Source: an uncultured Candidatus Saccharibacteria bacterium (GTDB lineage Bacteria > Patescibacteriota > Minisyncoccia > Phycocordibacterales > UBA9973). From it: DNA of 64,000 nt. The stretch's first letter is position 1; the number at the start of each line of letters is the position of its first letter. Below, in pieces: positions 46,553 to 56,629 of this stretch. Location: NCBI GenBank assembly GCA_964404925.1, contig CAYOLW010000002.1, forward strand, positions 38,995 through 102,994, written 5' to 3'. The position numbers and the translations under genes were made by a program. The notes under the pieces were generated by a model. It made no database searches. It was given only the letters and a program-made list of their open reading frames with translations, and had not been told where the DNA came from.

Positions 46553-47071
46553 ATGCAAAAAATTAATACAAAATTAAATAGAGGATTTACTCTGATTGAA
46601 ATGCTTCTGTATATTTCGATTGCAGGTACTCTGATGTTGGTTATTTCCATCTTTACTAATTCTATTTTAGAATCTAGCGTTAAAAACACAACAATTATAG
46701 AAGTAGAATCCAGCGGAGAATATATCTCTCAGATAATGAATCAAACATTGCGTAATGCTACGAGTATAAACACACCGATTGCGGGTAATACTAGCTCAAC
46801 GCTTTCTGTAGACACGACTGATGCAGTTTTAAATCCAACTATTTTTGATTTATCGGGAGGGGTGTTGAGAATCAAAGAAGGCACTGCGGATTATATAGAA
46901 CTTTCTAATTCAAAAGTAATAGTATCGGATTTAAATTTTAAAAATCTAACAGTGTCTGGCGCACCAGCTAGTGTTAGCTACTCTTTTACTGTTTCTTCTT
47001 CGAGTGTCAGTCCGAGACAAGAAAATAAATATAGTCAAAATTTTTATGGTGGAGTAAGTTTACGAAAATAA
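46553..47071 (+). CDS. prepilin-type N-terminal domain protein (minor pilin-like)
   Basis: NRGFTLIEMLLYISIAG. Confidence 0.65.
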   Translation: MQKINTKLNRGFTLIEMLLYISIAGTLMLVISIFTNSILESSVKNTTIIEVESSGEYISQIMNQTLRNATSINTPIAGNTSSTLSVDTTDAVLNPTIFDLSGGVLRIKEGTADYIELSNSKVIVSDLNFKNLTVSGAPASVSYSFTVSSSSVSPRQENKYSQNFYGGVSLRK

Positions 47072-47476
47072 ATGCAAAAAATTAATTCAAAAACAAAAGG
47101 TTACGTTACTCTGATTACTGTTTTGGTTATGGGGGCTATCAGCGTATCAGTGACTATGACTATAGTTATGACTGGTATTATATCAACAAAAGACAGTTTA
47201 TCTGTTGTGCAAAGCAGGCAAGCAAATTTTTTAGCTAATGCCTGTGCTGAGGATGCATTACAAGAAATTCGTAATGATACTCTGTATGTGGGTACAGTCC
47301 AAATAAATTTAGGGTCTGGATCATGTACTTATACCGTTACTAATAATGGAGGTGAATCGCGAACTATTGCATCTTCGGGAACTGTTGGTACAATAATAAG
47401 GAAGAGTAAGATACAAATTGACGCTATTAATCCAAAGATTAATATAACGTCTTGGCAAGAAGTTGCCGACTTCTAA
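47072..47476 (+). CDS. pilin-like protein (PilX-like hydrophobic N-terminus)
   Basis: KTKGYVTLITVLVMGAISV N-terminal helix without the canonical G/F-E motif. Confidence 0.45.
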   Translation: MQKINSKTKGYVTLITVLVMGAISVSVTMTIVMTGIISTKDSLSVVQSRQANFLANACAEDALQEIRNDTLYVGTVQINLGSGSCTYTVTNNGGESRTIASSGTVGTIIRKSKIQIDAINPKINITSWQEVADF

Positions 47477-47504
47477 GTCGTATGAAGTTAAAAGAATAAA
47501 AAAT

Positions 47505-47981
47505 ATGATGACAAATTATAAGAAAGGTTTTACATTATTAGAAGTTTTGCTTGTGGTCGCCGCTATTGGTATTTTAGCCGGTATAGTTATTGTTGCACTT
47601 AACCCAAATAAGCAACTTGGTGATACTAGGAATGCTCAACGCAGGGCTGACGTGAATACAATATTAAATGCAGTTTACCAGTATGCTATAGATAATAGTG
47701 GTAATTTGCCAGCTGGCATTGACTCGACTGCTGGTTCATCTCAGGTTTTAGGTACAACTGGTTCTGGACTTGATTCTACTTGTACAGCAACCACTACCGT
47801 TGCTGCGGGGCTTGATCTGTCCGCAGTATTGGTGCCTACCTATATCGTAGGTATTCCTATGGATCCAAAGACTGGTTCAGCAGGTAATACAGATTACTAC
47901 ATTAACAAAGATGCAAACGGAAGAATAACTGTTGGTGCCTGTGACCCAGAACAATCTGCTGTAATTAGCGTAACCCGCTAA
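47505..47981 (+). CDS. type IV pilin (PilA-like)
   Basis: MMTNYKKG/FTLLEVLLVVAAIGILAGIV with conserved Glu+5. The longer TTG-initiated frame was rejected. Confidence 0.65.
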   Translation: MMTNYKKGFTLLEVLLVVAAIGILAGIVIVALNPNKQLGDTRNAQRRADVNTILNAVYQYAIDNSGNLPAGIDSTAGSSQVLGTTGSGLDSTCTATTTVAAGLDLSAVLVPTYIVGIPMDPKTGSAGNTDYYINKDANGRITVGACDPEQSAVISVTR

Positions 47982-49807
47982 TGAATATTGTTTCCACAAT
48001 ACTTTTCATTCTCCTTGGTATAGCAGTGCTTGCCAAGGAGAGGGAACGTGGAGGGACTGCACGTTTAATCGGTTTTCTCGTGTCATTAGTTTCCTTGTCT
48101 TTGTTAATAATGCCAAGGAGTTTTTTCGCTTTGTATAATATTGAAGGTTTTTTATCTATACCTTCTTTTTTAGAATCTATCAGTTCCTTTTTGCTTGGAA
48201 CAATTTTTTTACTACCACACAAGAGTGCTTTCCGTAGGTACTATTATTTAGAATTTGCTACAGGCTTGTCTGTATTGTTATCTGCCTTATATATGGTGGG
48301 TTATTTTTTTCCAGCGACAGCTATAACTAATTATAGTATTTTTAACGATAAGGAAATTATTTTTGTTTTTATAAATATATTATTGACTTTTGTCGTTTTC
48401 ATTAATTTTCGGTCAAAATATGAATCCAAGTTCTTGTTTAATAAAAAAGTCTTCACGTTGGCGATACTTTTTGGCGGAGTTCTTTTTTCTCTTAGTTATG
48501 CATCTTATTTGAGTAACTTACTCAGCAATTCAACCCCAAATTTAATACCGCTGCTTAACTATATTCCAATTGTTATAGTAGTACTCGGAGTACTGCTCAG
48601 TGTTCTTTTTATTCTAATGTTGTATGCTTTTTCTTCTCTGCGCGAGAGAACCGTATTGTATGCTAATGATGTCACCAAAGGCTTGCGTCAGGCCAAGGCT
48701 AAAGACGAGGCACTACTGCTGTCTATCGGTGAGGGTCTGGTTGCTACCGGTAAAGATGGAAACATAATTTTCGTTAATCGTGCTTTTGAAAGTATGCTTG
48801 GTTGGAAAGAAGAAGAAGTACAAGGAAAACTTTTTCTAAACCTGGTCCATATGTTTGACGAGAACGGTAAGGAAATTCAAAAAGACAACCGTCCTTTTTA
48901 TAGCGCACTGCAGACTAAAAATTCAAAAGATTTTAAATCTAAAACAACAACTAATATGTATTATCGACACCGAGATGGTAACATTTTCCCGGTGGCTATT
49001 ACGATTTCTCCAATTGTTGTGGAAGGTGAGATGATGGGTGTCGTAGAAGTGTTTAGAGATATAACCAGAGAAAAAGAAATAGACAAGGAAAAGACTGAAT
49101 TCGTTTCTCTGGCTTCGCATCAATTGCGAACACCTCTATCATCAGTGAATTGGTACACTGAGATGCTTTTAGCAGGAGATGCTGGTAAATTAACTAAAAA
49201 GCAAAAAGAGTATGCAGATGAAATATTCCAAGGTACACAAAGGATGGTTAGACTCGTAAACGACCTATTGAATGTATCTCGGTTAGAACTGGGTACATTC
49301 TCTGTGAATCCAGAGACAGTGGATGTGGTGGCAGCAGCCTTCGATGCTATTGATGAACAAAAACAACATATTAAATTGAAGAAAATAAAAGTGACAACTG
49401 ATTTCCCTGATGAGAGGCCATTAGAAATGGAAGCAGATCCTAAATTACTGCATATGATTTTCCAGAATTTATTATCAAATTCAATAAAATATACTGGAGA
49501 AAAAGGGCATATCAATTTGGCAGTTTTTAAAAATGGGAAAGAGATACTTATTGAAGTTTCAGATAATGGTATCGGTATTCCAAAAAATGAACAAAGTAAA
49601 ATTTTCACTAAATTATTCCGTGCTGACAACGTAAAGGAACAAGACATGGAAGGCACAGGACTCGGACTGTATATTATTAAATCTATTGTTGAGAAGTCCG
49701 GCGGTTCAATCCGTTTTGAATCAACAGAAGGTGAGGGAACTAAATTTATTGTAGATTTCCCAGAAGGAAATATGAAAAAAAGAGAAGGTAGTAGAGAACT
49801 TAGCTAA
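47981..49807 (+). CDS. membrane sensor histidine kinase (multi-TM, PAS, HisKA, HATPase_c)
   Basis: 6-7 N-terminal TM helices, PAS region, H-box FVSLASHQLRTPLSSVNWYTEMLL, G-boxes DNGIGIP and GTGLGL. A paralogue of the kinase at 19814. Confidence 0.8.
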   Translation: MNIVSTILFILLGIAVLAKERERGGTARLIGFLVSLVSLSLLIMPRSFFALYNIEGFLSIPSFLESISSFLLGTIFLLPHKSAFRRYYYLEFATGLSVLLSALYMVGYFFPATAITNYSIFNDKEIIFVFINILLTFVVFINFRSKYESKFLFNKKVFTLAILFGGVLFSLSYASYLSNLLSNSTPNLIPLLNYIPIVIVVLGVLLSVLFILMLYAFSSLRERTVLYANDVTKGLRQAKAKDEALLLSIGEGLVATGKDGNIIFVNRAFESMLGWKEEEVQGKLFLNLVHMFDENGKEIQKDNRPFYSALQTKNSKDFKSKTTTNMYYRHRDGNIFPVAITISPIVVEGEMMGVVEVFRDITREKEIDKEKTEFVSLASHQLRTPLSSVNWYTEMLLAGDAGKLTKKQKEYADEIFQGTQRMVRLVNDLLNVSRLELGTFSVNPETVDVVAAAFDAIDEQKQHIKLKKIKVTTDFPDERPLEMEADPKLLHMIFQNLLSNSIKYTGEKGHINLAVFKNGKEILIEVSDNGIGIPKNEQSKIFTKLFRADNVKEQDMEGTGLGLYIIKSIVEKSGGSIRFESTEGEGTKFIVDFPEGNMKKREGSRELS

Positions 49808-50865
49808 TCTTCTAAATTTGGTTTATCTATAGCAATTTGAGTAATCTGAGGTGAGCTGCCAGTGATACGAAGTACGTCTTTGTCAATTTTTTTGAGTTCC
49901 TTACCAGAAGCAGTGTAGTGGTTTACCATTGTAGATATTGAGTTTCCAAGTTTAGTATGATATTCATCATAGGCTTTCAGGTGTCGACTTAATTCCTCAA
50001 CTCGTTTAATAATTTCTTTAGCATTTTCTTCTATTTGCATTGCTTTGAGGCCCTGCAAAACTGTCTGCAAATATGCGAGGAAAGAAGTAGGGGAAGTGAT
50101 AATAACTTTGTATTTACCGCTAGCCCTCTGGATTAGGTTTTCATTTTCTTCATCTTTTAGTCCACCTATTTTGTTGGTTATTAAATCATAGTAGATTGCT
50201 TCATGGGGAATAAACATAAATGCAAAATCCGTTGTATTTTGTGTTGGTTGAACGTATTTAGAAGTTTCGATAATTCGATTTTTTAAATCATTAACGAATA
50301 CTGTCTCAAGCCTTTTTTTCTCGGTTGGGTCTCCCGCTTCAATCATCTTGTTGTAATTCTCAAGTGAGAATTTGGAATCAATTGGAATAATTTTATCTTT
50401 AACGAAAACAACAGCGTCCACTATTGTGCCATCTGGGAATGGGTACTGCATTTGATAGCTTCCAGGTGGAAGTACATTTTTCAAAACTGTTTCTAAATAA
50501 TATTCACCGAGTATGCCACGCTGCTTAGGATTCTTTAAAATATTTTCTAGGCTTTGTAATTGGTCAGCAAAGGAGATAACCTGTTTGTTAGTCTCATCCA
50601 ATCTGGTTAATTTTTCTGTGACGTCACGGATGATTTCGTTTGAACGGGTAGAGTGAAATTGCAGGCTTTCGCGAACTTCTTTTTGACTTTCGCCAATCTT
50701 GCTGTCGACTGTACGGGAAAGCTCATTTAATTGCTGCAGGATAAGTTGCAGCCCCACATCATCTTTCTCAGTACCTTTTTTATTCTTGAAATATGAGTTC
50801 AAAAATACAACAGCGATAAAAGCCAGCACGACTACAAAAATCAGTATCATAATAACTATTTCCAT
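49804..50865 (-). CDS. rmuC: DNA recombination protein RmuC
   Basis: N-terminal TM, long coiled coil, and C-terminal RmuC nuclease-like core DFAFMFIPHEAIYYDLI. Confidence 0.75.
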   Translation of the reverse strand: MEIVIMILIFVVVLAFIAVVFLNSYFKNKKGTEKDDVGLQLILQQLNELSRTVDSKIGESQKEVRESLQFHSTRSNEIIRDVTEKLTRLDETNKQVISFADQLQSLENILKNPKQRGILGEYYLETVLKNVLPPGSYQMQYPFPDGTIVDAVVFVKDKIIPIDSKFSLENYNKMIEAGDPTEKKRLETVFVNDLKNRIIETSKYVQPTQNTTDFAFMFIPHEAIYYDLITNKIGGLKDEENENLIQRASGKYKVIITSPTSFLAYLQTVLQGLKAMQIEENAKEIIKRVEELSRHLKAYDEYHTKLGNSISTMVNHYTASGKELKKIDKDVLRITGSSPQITQIAIDKPNLED

Positions 50866-50954
50866 GTGTATATTCTAACAGCTCTTGGATAAATTACAGT
50901 GATTGACTAAATGTGTAATATATTGTAATTTAAATTTAATAAATATGTTTGTTC

Positions 50955-51125
50955 ATGAAAAATAAGTACCAACCAGAATATGGTATCCAGTGGTATCATG
51001 TTTTGGGAGCAGTCGCTATCGGACTTGGGGTGATTGCATTAATTGCAAGTCCAAAAATTGCTGGCTATATTTTGTTGGCCGGTGTCGCTTACGCTGTTTG
51101 GCGTAACGTGACAGATTCTCATTAA
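50955..51125 (+). CDS. small membrane protein (56 aa), hypothetical
   Basis: Hand-translated ORF MKNKYQPEYGIQWYHVLGAVAIGLGVIALIASPKIAGYILLAGVAYAVWRNVTDSH with two TM helices. Confidence 0.3.
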   Translation: MKNKYQPEYGIQWYHVLGAVAIGLGVIALIASPKIAGYILLAGVAYAVWRNVTDSH

Positions 51126-51164
51126 ATTTTTTTCACAAACTAAGCGGTGCTACGGCCCGCTTTT

Positions 51165-51881
51165 TTATTTACCTAAATAGTGTTTAAGGGTGTATATCCA
51201 GTCCTCGTCTGGACCATCACCATTTAACTTTTGAGCAAGTAACCATTCTAAGTATCCTCGATCTATTTTAGCCACATCTTCCACGCGCTGGCCATTGTAT
51301 TTACCAAATGCAAATTTTTTAAGTATTGAAGGGTGGGAAGATATCTGGACCATTTCCTGATAAGCCTCTTCTTCCGTCATATTTTGACTGGTCACTATTT
51401 TATTTTTGAGTCGGTTAAAAAGTTCTTCAAGCACCAGCACATCACCAAATGCGTCATGCGCAGCAGCATCAATCTCTATTTCTAGTAAATATCGTAAATA
51501 CTGTAGATTGTATCTGTCTATTTTTTCTTCTGTATCTAAATGCCTGGCCACACGTAGTGTGCAGATGAAATTTTTTATTTGTATATTTTCACGAGCGAGC
51601 ATCGCTATGTCAAAAGTCGCATTATGGGCGACCATAATTGTATCTCTATGCTCAAAAAGTGATTTAACGTTCTCATAGTCTCTCGAATTTTGGAATGACG
51701 GTTTGTCCGCGACCATCTTGTTGGTGATATGGTGCACTGCGGAAGCCTCGGGAGGTATCTTTTTTTCAGGTTTATAAAGCTGGTTGAAAGTCTCGCTACC
51801 AGTCTTGTATGCAAGCTGGCATAGGGTGTCGGTATCGGTGTTACCAGTAGTCTCGGTATCAAAAAATATTATTTTGCTCAT
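51165..51881 (-). CDS. DEDDh 3'-5' exonuclease (DnaQ/epsilon-like) with C-terminal extension
   Basis: Exo I FFDTETTG, Exo II VAHNATFD, Exo III H...D (AAAHDAFGD). Confidence 0.75.
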   Translation of the reverse strand: MSKIIFFDTETTGNTDTDTLCQLAYKTGSETFNQLYKPEKKIPPEASAVHHITNKMVADKPSFQNSRDYENVKSLFEHRDTIMVAHNATFDIAMLARENIQIKNFICTLRVARHLDTEEKIDRYNLQYLRYLLEIEIDAAAHDAFGDVLVLEELFNRLKNKIVTSQNMTEEEAYQEMVQISSHPSILKKFAFGKYNGQRVEDVAKIDRGYLEWLLAQKLNGDGPDEDWIYTLKHYLGK

Positions 51882-51908
51882 AGTGACATTTTAGCATATA
51901 ATGAGTGC

Positions 51909-52358
51909 ATGCTACACGAACAAATAAAATCAGGAATAAAGGAAGCAATGATTGCTAAAGACGAAACACTATTAAAGGCTTTACGCAATATGGTTGCCGC
52001 TTTTATGACCGAGGTTATGACTAAGGGTAGAAAACCAGATGAATTTCTAACTGACGAAGAAGCCCTCACTGTTATCACCAAGCTTTCAAAACAAAGAAAA
52101 GACTCAATAGAACAATTCAAGAAAGGAGGAAGAGAAGACTTGGTTCAAGAAGAAGCTGCAGAATTAGCTGTTTTAGAAAAGTATCTACCAACACTAATGG
52201 AAAAAGAAGAAGTTTTGAAATTCGCCAAGACCAAGCAAACAGAGCTTGGGCTAACAGACGTAACGAAAAAAGGCATGCTTATGGCCGCACTCATGAAGGA
52301 CTTGAAAGGTAAGGCAGATGGATCTGTGGTCAAGGAAGTTGTTGACTCACTTTTTTAG
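51909..52358 (+). CDS. GatB/YqeY domain protein
   Basis: 149 aa with the YqeY helical pattern (LKALRNMVAA...ELAVLEKYLP). Confidence 0.7.
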   Translation: MLHEQIKSGIKEAMIAKDETLLKALRNMVAAFMTEVMTKGRKPDEFLTDEEALTVITKLSKQRKDSIEQFKKGGREDLVQEEAAELAVLEKYLPTLMEKEEVLKFAKTKQTELGLTDVTKKGMLMAALMKDLKGKADGSVVKEVVDSLF

Positions 52359-52359
52359 A

Positions 52360-53301
52360 ATGAAAACACTGGTAACACACAATGGAGCTATTCATGCTGA
52401 TGACCTGTTTGCAGCAGCGACTTTGTCTTTGTATTTAGACAGTAAAGGTGAGACACATAAAATAGTCCGCAGTCGAGACAAAGAAACAATTGATGGGGCT
52501 GATTATGTTTTTGATGTTGGAGGAGTATACGATCCGTCTCTTAACCGATTTGATCATCATCAAAAAAACGGACCAGGTGCCAGGGACAATACTGTGCCGT
52601 ATGCTTCATTTGGGCTTATCTGGAAGCATTTTGGTCCATCACTATGTGACGGGGACAATGAGCTATGGAAGAAAATTGATACAGAAATAGTTTCCCCGAT
52701 TGATGCTGCCGATAATGGTGTTGATGTTAGTATGCCAAAGATTAAAGGAGTTAGTGAATACGTAGCAGCTAGAACATTTCTGATATTTACTCCAACTTGG
52801 CAAGAACAGAAAAGTTCTATAGATGATGTGTTTAATAATCAGGTCATAGAGGCTAAGCGTGTTTTGCGCAGAGAAATAGAGGTTTCGCGAGCTGACATTG
52901 TAGGTAGGAAAATTATTATGGATGCGTATGATAAATCTGAAGATAAACGCATAATAGAATTGCCGGATAATTTTCCTAGGTATTTATATCAAAATACGTT
53001 ATCATCACTATCTGAACCAGTGTATATGATTTGCAAGAGTCGATTTACTGATGATTGGAAAATTGAAGCTATAAGCAAAAATCCAAACACCATGCAAAGT
53101 CGCAAACCATTTCCTGTCGCTTGGCGAGGTCTTCCTAATGGGGATAGTGGTTTAAAGAAATTAACTGGTGTAGAAGACGTTATTTTTTGTCACCACGATG
53201 GATTCCTTATGAGTACAGGCACACGCGAAAGTGCCTACAAATTAGTAGAGATATCATTAAATAATAAAGAAAAAACAAAATGGCTTTCGTGGATGAAATA
53301 A
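52360..53301 (+). CDS. MYG1/UPF0160 family metal-dependent hydrolase
   Basis: THNGAIHADD and FDHHQ motifs; start set at the internal Met MKTLV. Confidence 0.7.
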   Translation: MKTLVTHNGAIHADDLFAAATLSLYLDSKGETHKIVRSRDKETIDGADYVFDVGGVYDPSLNRFDHHQKNGPGARDNTVPYASFGLIWKHFGPSLCDGDNELWKKIDTEIVSPIDAADNGVDVSMPKIKGVSEYVAARTFLIFTPTWQEQKSSIDDVFNNQVIEAKRVLRREIEVSRADIVGRKIIMDAYDKSEDKRIIELPDNFPRYLYQNTLSSLSEPVYMICKSRFTDDWKIEAISKNPNTMQSRKPFPVAWRGLPNGDSGLKKLTGVEDVIFCHHDGFLMSTGTRESAYKLVEISLNNKEKTKWLSWMK

Positions 53302-54269
53302 AATTTTATGCAAAGGCGGGTGATGGTGGCGACGGCGTTGTACGTTGGCGTCAAGAGAAATTTATACCCAAAGGTGGTCCTGCAGGCGGGGACGGTGGAC
53401 GTGGTGGAGATTTCTACGTTGTTGGTGTACGCGATATTGGAATACTAGCAAAATATAAATCTAAAACTAGATTTGAAGCTGAGCGAGGTGAAGATGGTGG
53501 CAAGAAAAGCCTGCACGGTGCCCAAGGTGAAGACATGCTTTTTGAACTACCAGTAGGTTCTGTAATTACTAATACTCGAACAGGTGAAGAATGGCAGCTT
53601 ACCGAAGAAGGGCAAAAGGTAATGCTACTCAAAGGTGGTTTTGGGGGATTCGGTAATGAACACTTTAAAAGTTCTCGTGATGTAGCACCTAAAAAAGCCA
53701 ACAAAGGTGGCCCTGGCGAAGAAGGTGATTTCCATGTTGAACTACAGATATTTGCTGATGTGGGACTCGTGGGGTTGCCGAATGCAGGTAAGTCGTCTTT
53801 GCTAAATATGGTAACTAATGCCAAAGCTAAAGTGGCTGACTATGCTTTCACTACACTAGATCCTAACTTAGGTGATTTTTATGGATATATCATAGCCGAT
53901 ATTCCGGGTATTATCGAAGGCGCTGCTGAAGGTAAAGGACTAGGTATTAAATTCTTGCGTCATGTGAAGCGCACACGAATGCTGGCGCATTTGGTGTCAT
54001 TTGAAAATGAGGATATGATGGCAACCTACAAACAAATTCGTTCTGAACTTGAGAAATATGATAAAGAGAACAAGCTCGGCGAAGACGGATTGTCTCAAAA
54101 AGAAGAAATAATAATCTTAACCAAAACTGACGTTACCAAGCCTGATCTGGTTGCTAAAAAGGTTAAAGAATTTCAAAAATTAAAGAAACAAGTTTTTGTC
54201 TTGTCTCTATATGATGACGAAAGTATAAAAACCTTTTCTCACGAGATGTCAAAAATATTAACCGTGTAG
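53280..54269 (+). CDS. obg: GTPase Obg
   Basis: Gly-rich Obg fold AGDGGDGVVRWRQEKF...GGDGGRGGD, then G1 GLPNAGKSSL, G3 DIPG, G4 TKTD. Confidence 0.9.
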   Translation: MAFVDEIKFYAKAGDGGDGVVRWRQEKFIPKGGPAGGDGGRGGDFYVVGVRDIGILAKYKSKTRFEAERGEDGGKKSLHGAQGEDMLFELPVGSVITNTRTGEEWQLTEEGQKVMLLKGGFGGFGNEHFKSSRDVAPKKANKGGPGEEGDFHVELQIFADVGLVGLPNAGKSSLLNMVTNAKAKVADYAFTTLDPNLGDFYGYIIADIPGIIEGAAEGKGLGIKFLRHVKRTRMLAHLVSFENEDMMATYKQIRSELEKYDKENKLGEDGLSQKEEIIILTKTDVTKPDLVAKKVKEFQKLKKQVFVLSLYDDESIKTFSHEMSKILTV

Positions 54270-54308
54270 AACTTTCGTTTTATATGTTTTATTGCTAAAA
54301 TAGCCTTT

Positions 54309-55751
54309 ATGGATAAGAAATATTACGTAACAATGGGGCTTGAAATTCATGCTGAAGTCAAGACTAAAACTAAAATGTTTTGCGCTTGCAAGAATGACCC
54401 TAATGAAGAAAAACCCAATATAAATATTTGTCCGGTTTGCATGGCGCATCCGGGGGCATTACCTGTACCAAACAAAGAAGCTATTCGGCAGGTTATTCGT
54501 GTTGGTTTAGCTATTGGTGCTAATATTGCTGACTTTTCAGAATTTGATCGTAAAAATTATTTTTACCCAGATATACCAAAAGGGTACCAGATTTCTCAGC
54601 TTAAATACCCAATAGTATCTGGCGGGCACTTGGCTGATATGGACATAACCCGCATACACCTCGAAGAAGATACTGGTAACAATAAACACTATGAAGATTC
54701 GACTGGGGGGTATTCACTGGTTGATTTCAACCGCGCTGGTGTGCCGCTCGCAGAGCTTGTTACCGAACCCCATACTTTTGACACGGCAGAAGAAGCCGCC
54801 AAGGTAGCAAGTAGTTTTGCTCGCGAGTACCAGCTCCTACTTCAGTACCTTGGTGCGTCAGAGGCCAACATGGAGAAGGGTGAAATGCGTGTTGAGGCCA
54901 ATGTGTCTGTTAGTCCAGACAAGGATAAAATGTCTAAAGCTTATGTGGAGGTTAAAAATTTAAACTCTTTTAAAACTGTTGAGAAGGCTATTAAATACGA
55001 AGTTGATAGAATGATTGAATTATGGGAAGCCGGTAAAGAATCAGAAATCATCAAAGAAACTCGTGGATGGGACGAAGCTAAACAAAAAACAACTTCTCAG
55101 CGCAAAAAGGAATCTGCCGAGGATTATCGGTATTTTCCAGATCCCGATCTACCAAAAATGAAATTGCATGAAGCTTTTGATTTAGAAAAAATTAAATCAG
55201 AACTCCCTGAGCTGCCAGAGCAAAAAAGAGGTAGGTACCGAAATGATTTTGGAATTAAAGATGAGGATATTGAGATTTATATAAACGATCATGATTTAGC
55301 AACTTGGTTTGAAAATGTAGCGGGGAAGCTTGTTGATAAAAATAAAATAAAGACTGCTTCTAATTATGTAACTTCGGATTATGTAGGTATCAAGAAAAAT
55401 TCTGCAGAAGTCCGACTTCCACAAGCAGTTAATTTTGCTGAACTTATTAGTATGGTTACTGAAAATCAGATTTCTTCCAGAGCTGCTAAGGATATTTTGT
55501 CTATGATTGTTCTGAATGATGAGTCACCAATGAAGATAGCTACAGAAAAAAACCTACTTCAGAAAAATGATGAAGGTGAATTGAAAGTAATTGTTGAAAA
55601 AATAATTGCTGAAAACTCTGAAGTTGTTGCCACATATAAGAGCGGAAAAGAAAACGCTATAATGTCTCTCGTGGGTAAAATAATCAAGGAAACCAATGGA
55701 TCAGCTAACCCTCAGGTTGTCATCAAACTATTAAAAGAATTAATTGGATAA
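54309..55751 (+). CDS. gatB: Asp-tRNA(Asn)/Glu-tRNA(Gln) amidotransferase subunit B
   Basis: N-terminus YYVTMGLEIHAEVKTKTKMFC and C-terminal YqeY-like tail. Confidence 0.9.
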   Translation: MDKKYYVTMGLEIHAEVKTKTKMFCACKNDPNEEKPNINICPVCMAHPGALPVPNKEAIRQVIRVGLAIGANIADFSEFDRKNYFYPDIPKGYQISQLKYPIVSGGHLADMDITRIHLEEDTGNNKHYEDSTGGYSLVDFNRAGVPLAELVTEPHTFDTAEEAAKVASSFAREYQLLLQYLGASEANMEKGEMRVEANVSVSPDKDKMSKAYVEVKNLNSFKTVEKAIKYEVDRMIELWEAGKESEIIKETRGWDEAKQKTTSQRKKESAEDYRYFPDPDLPKMKLHEAFDLEKIKSELPELPEQKRGRYRNDFGIKDEDIEIYINDHDLATWFENVAGKLVDKNKIKTASNYVTSDYVGIKKNSAEVRLPQAVNFAELISMVTENQISSRAAKDILSMIVLNDESPMKIATEKNLLQKNDEGELKVIVEKIIAENSEVVATYKSGKENAIMSLVGKIIKETNGSANPQVVIKLLKELIG

Positions 55752-56622
55752 GTCTATGAAAACACTACGTGAATGTATCAAAGAAGCAGGAGACAATGGT
55801 GTGGCAGTTGGGCATTTTAATATTTCTAATTTAGAGGGGTTACATGCGATTTACGCTGCAGCCCGGGAGCTTGATCTACCGGTCATAATTGGTGTATCAG
55901 AAGGCGAAGAAGGATTTGCTGGAACTGACGAAGTAGCAACATTGGTAAAGATGTTACGAGAACGTGATCAGTATCCAATATTCTTAAACGCTGATCATCA
56001 TGCTAGCTTCGAAAGCGTAAAAAAATGCATTGATGCTGGATTCGATATGGTTATTATTGATGCTGCTAAATTACCTTTTGAAGAAAATGTAGCTTTAACT
56101 AAAAAATGTGTTGATTATGCACGCGAGGTATCTAAAAACACAGGCAGAGACATACTAGTCGAAGCTGAATTGGGCTACATAGGATCTGGCTCAAATATCA
56201 AAGATACTGTTCCTGAAGGTGCAGGAGTGTTAACAAAACCCGAAGAAGCAAAGGCTTTTGTAGAAGCAACGGGTATAGATTTATTCGCCCCGTCTATTGG
56301 TTCTATTCACGGTTTGATTAAAAGTGGTAAACCACATATTGATGCAGAACTAACCAAAAAAATCAGAGAAGTTGCCGGTATACCTCTTGTATTACATGGT
56401 GGTTCAGGTTTGCGGGATGAAGACTTTACCAATGCGATAAAAGCTGGAGTGCAGATAGTGCACATCAATAGTGAAATTCGTCTCGCACTACGTGAAGCTT
56501 TAGAAAAAGCACTAAATGAAAATAAAGAAGAAATAAATCCAGTAAAGCTATTAACCCCTGCAGTAGAATCAATGAAAGAAGTGGTAAAAAATCGATTGAA
56601 GCTTTTCAATAATATTCAATAA
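55744..56622 (+). CDS. fba: class II fructose-bisphosphate aldolase
   Basis: VAVGHFNISNLEG; Zn/His ligands in LHGGSG and HINSE contexts. Confidence 0.85.
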   Translation: MDKSMKTLRECIKEAGDNGVAVGHFNISNLEGLHAIYAAARELDLPVIIGVSEGEEGFAGTDEVATLVKMLRERDQYPIFLNADHHASFESVKKCIDAGFDMVIIDAAKLPFEENVALTKKCVDYAREVSKNTGRDILVEAELGYIGSGSNIKDTVPEGAGVLTKPEEAKAFVEATGIDLFAPSIGSIHGLIKSGKPHIDAELTKKIREVAGIPLVLHGGSGLRDEDFTNAIKAGVQIVHINSEIRLALREALEKALNENKEEINPVKLLTPAVESMKEVVKNRLKLFNNIQ

Positions 56623-56629
56623 TTTATTA

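Noticed and set aside
47463-47504. Longer TTG-initiated N-terminus of the last pilin (MPTSKSYEVKRIKN...)
   Set aside because: It overlaps the upstream pilin gene. The ATG at 47505 gives a canonical short prepilin leader before GFTLLE.
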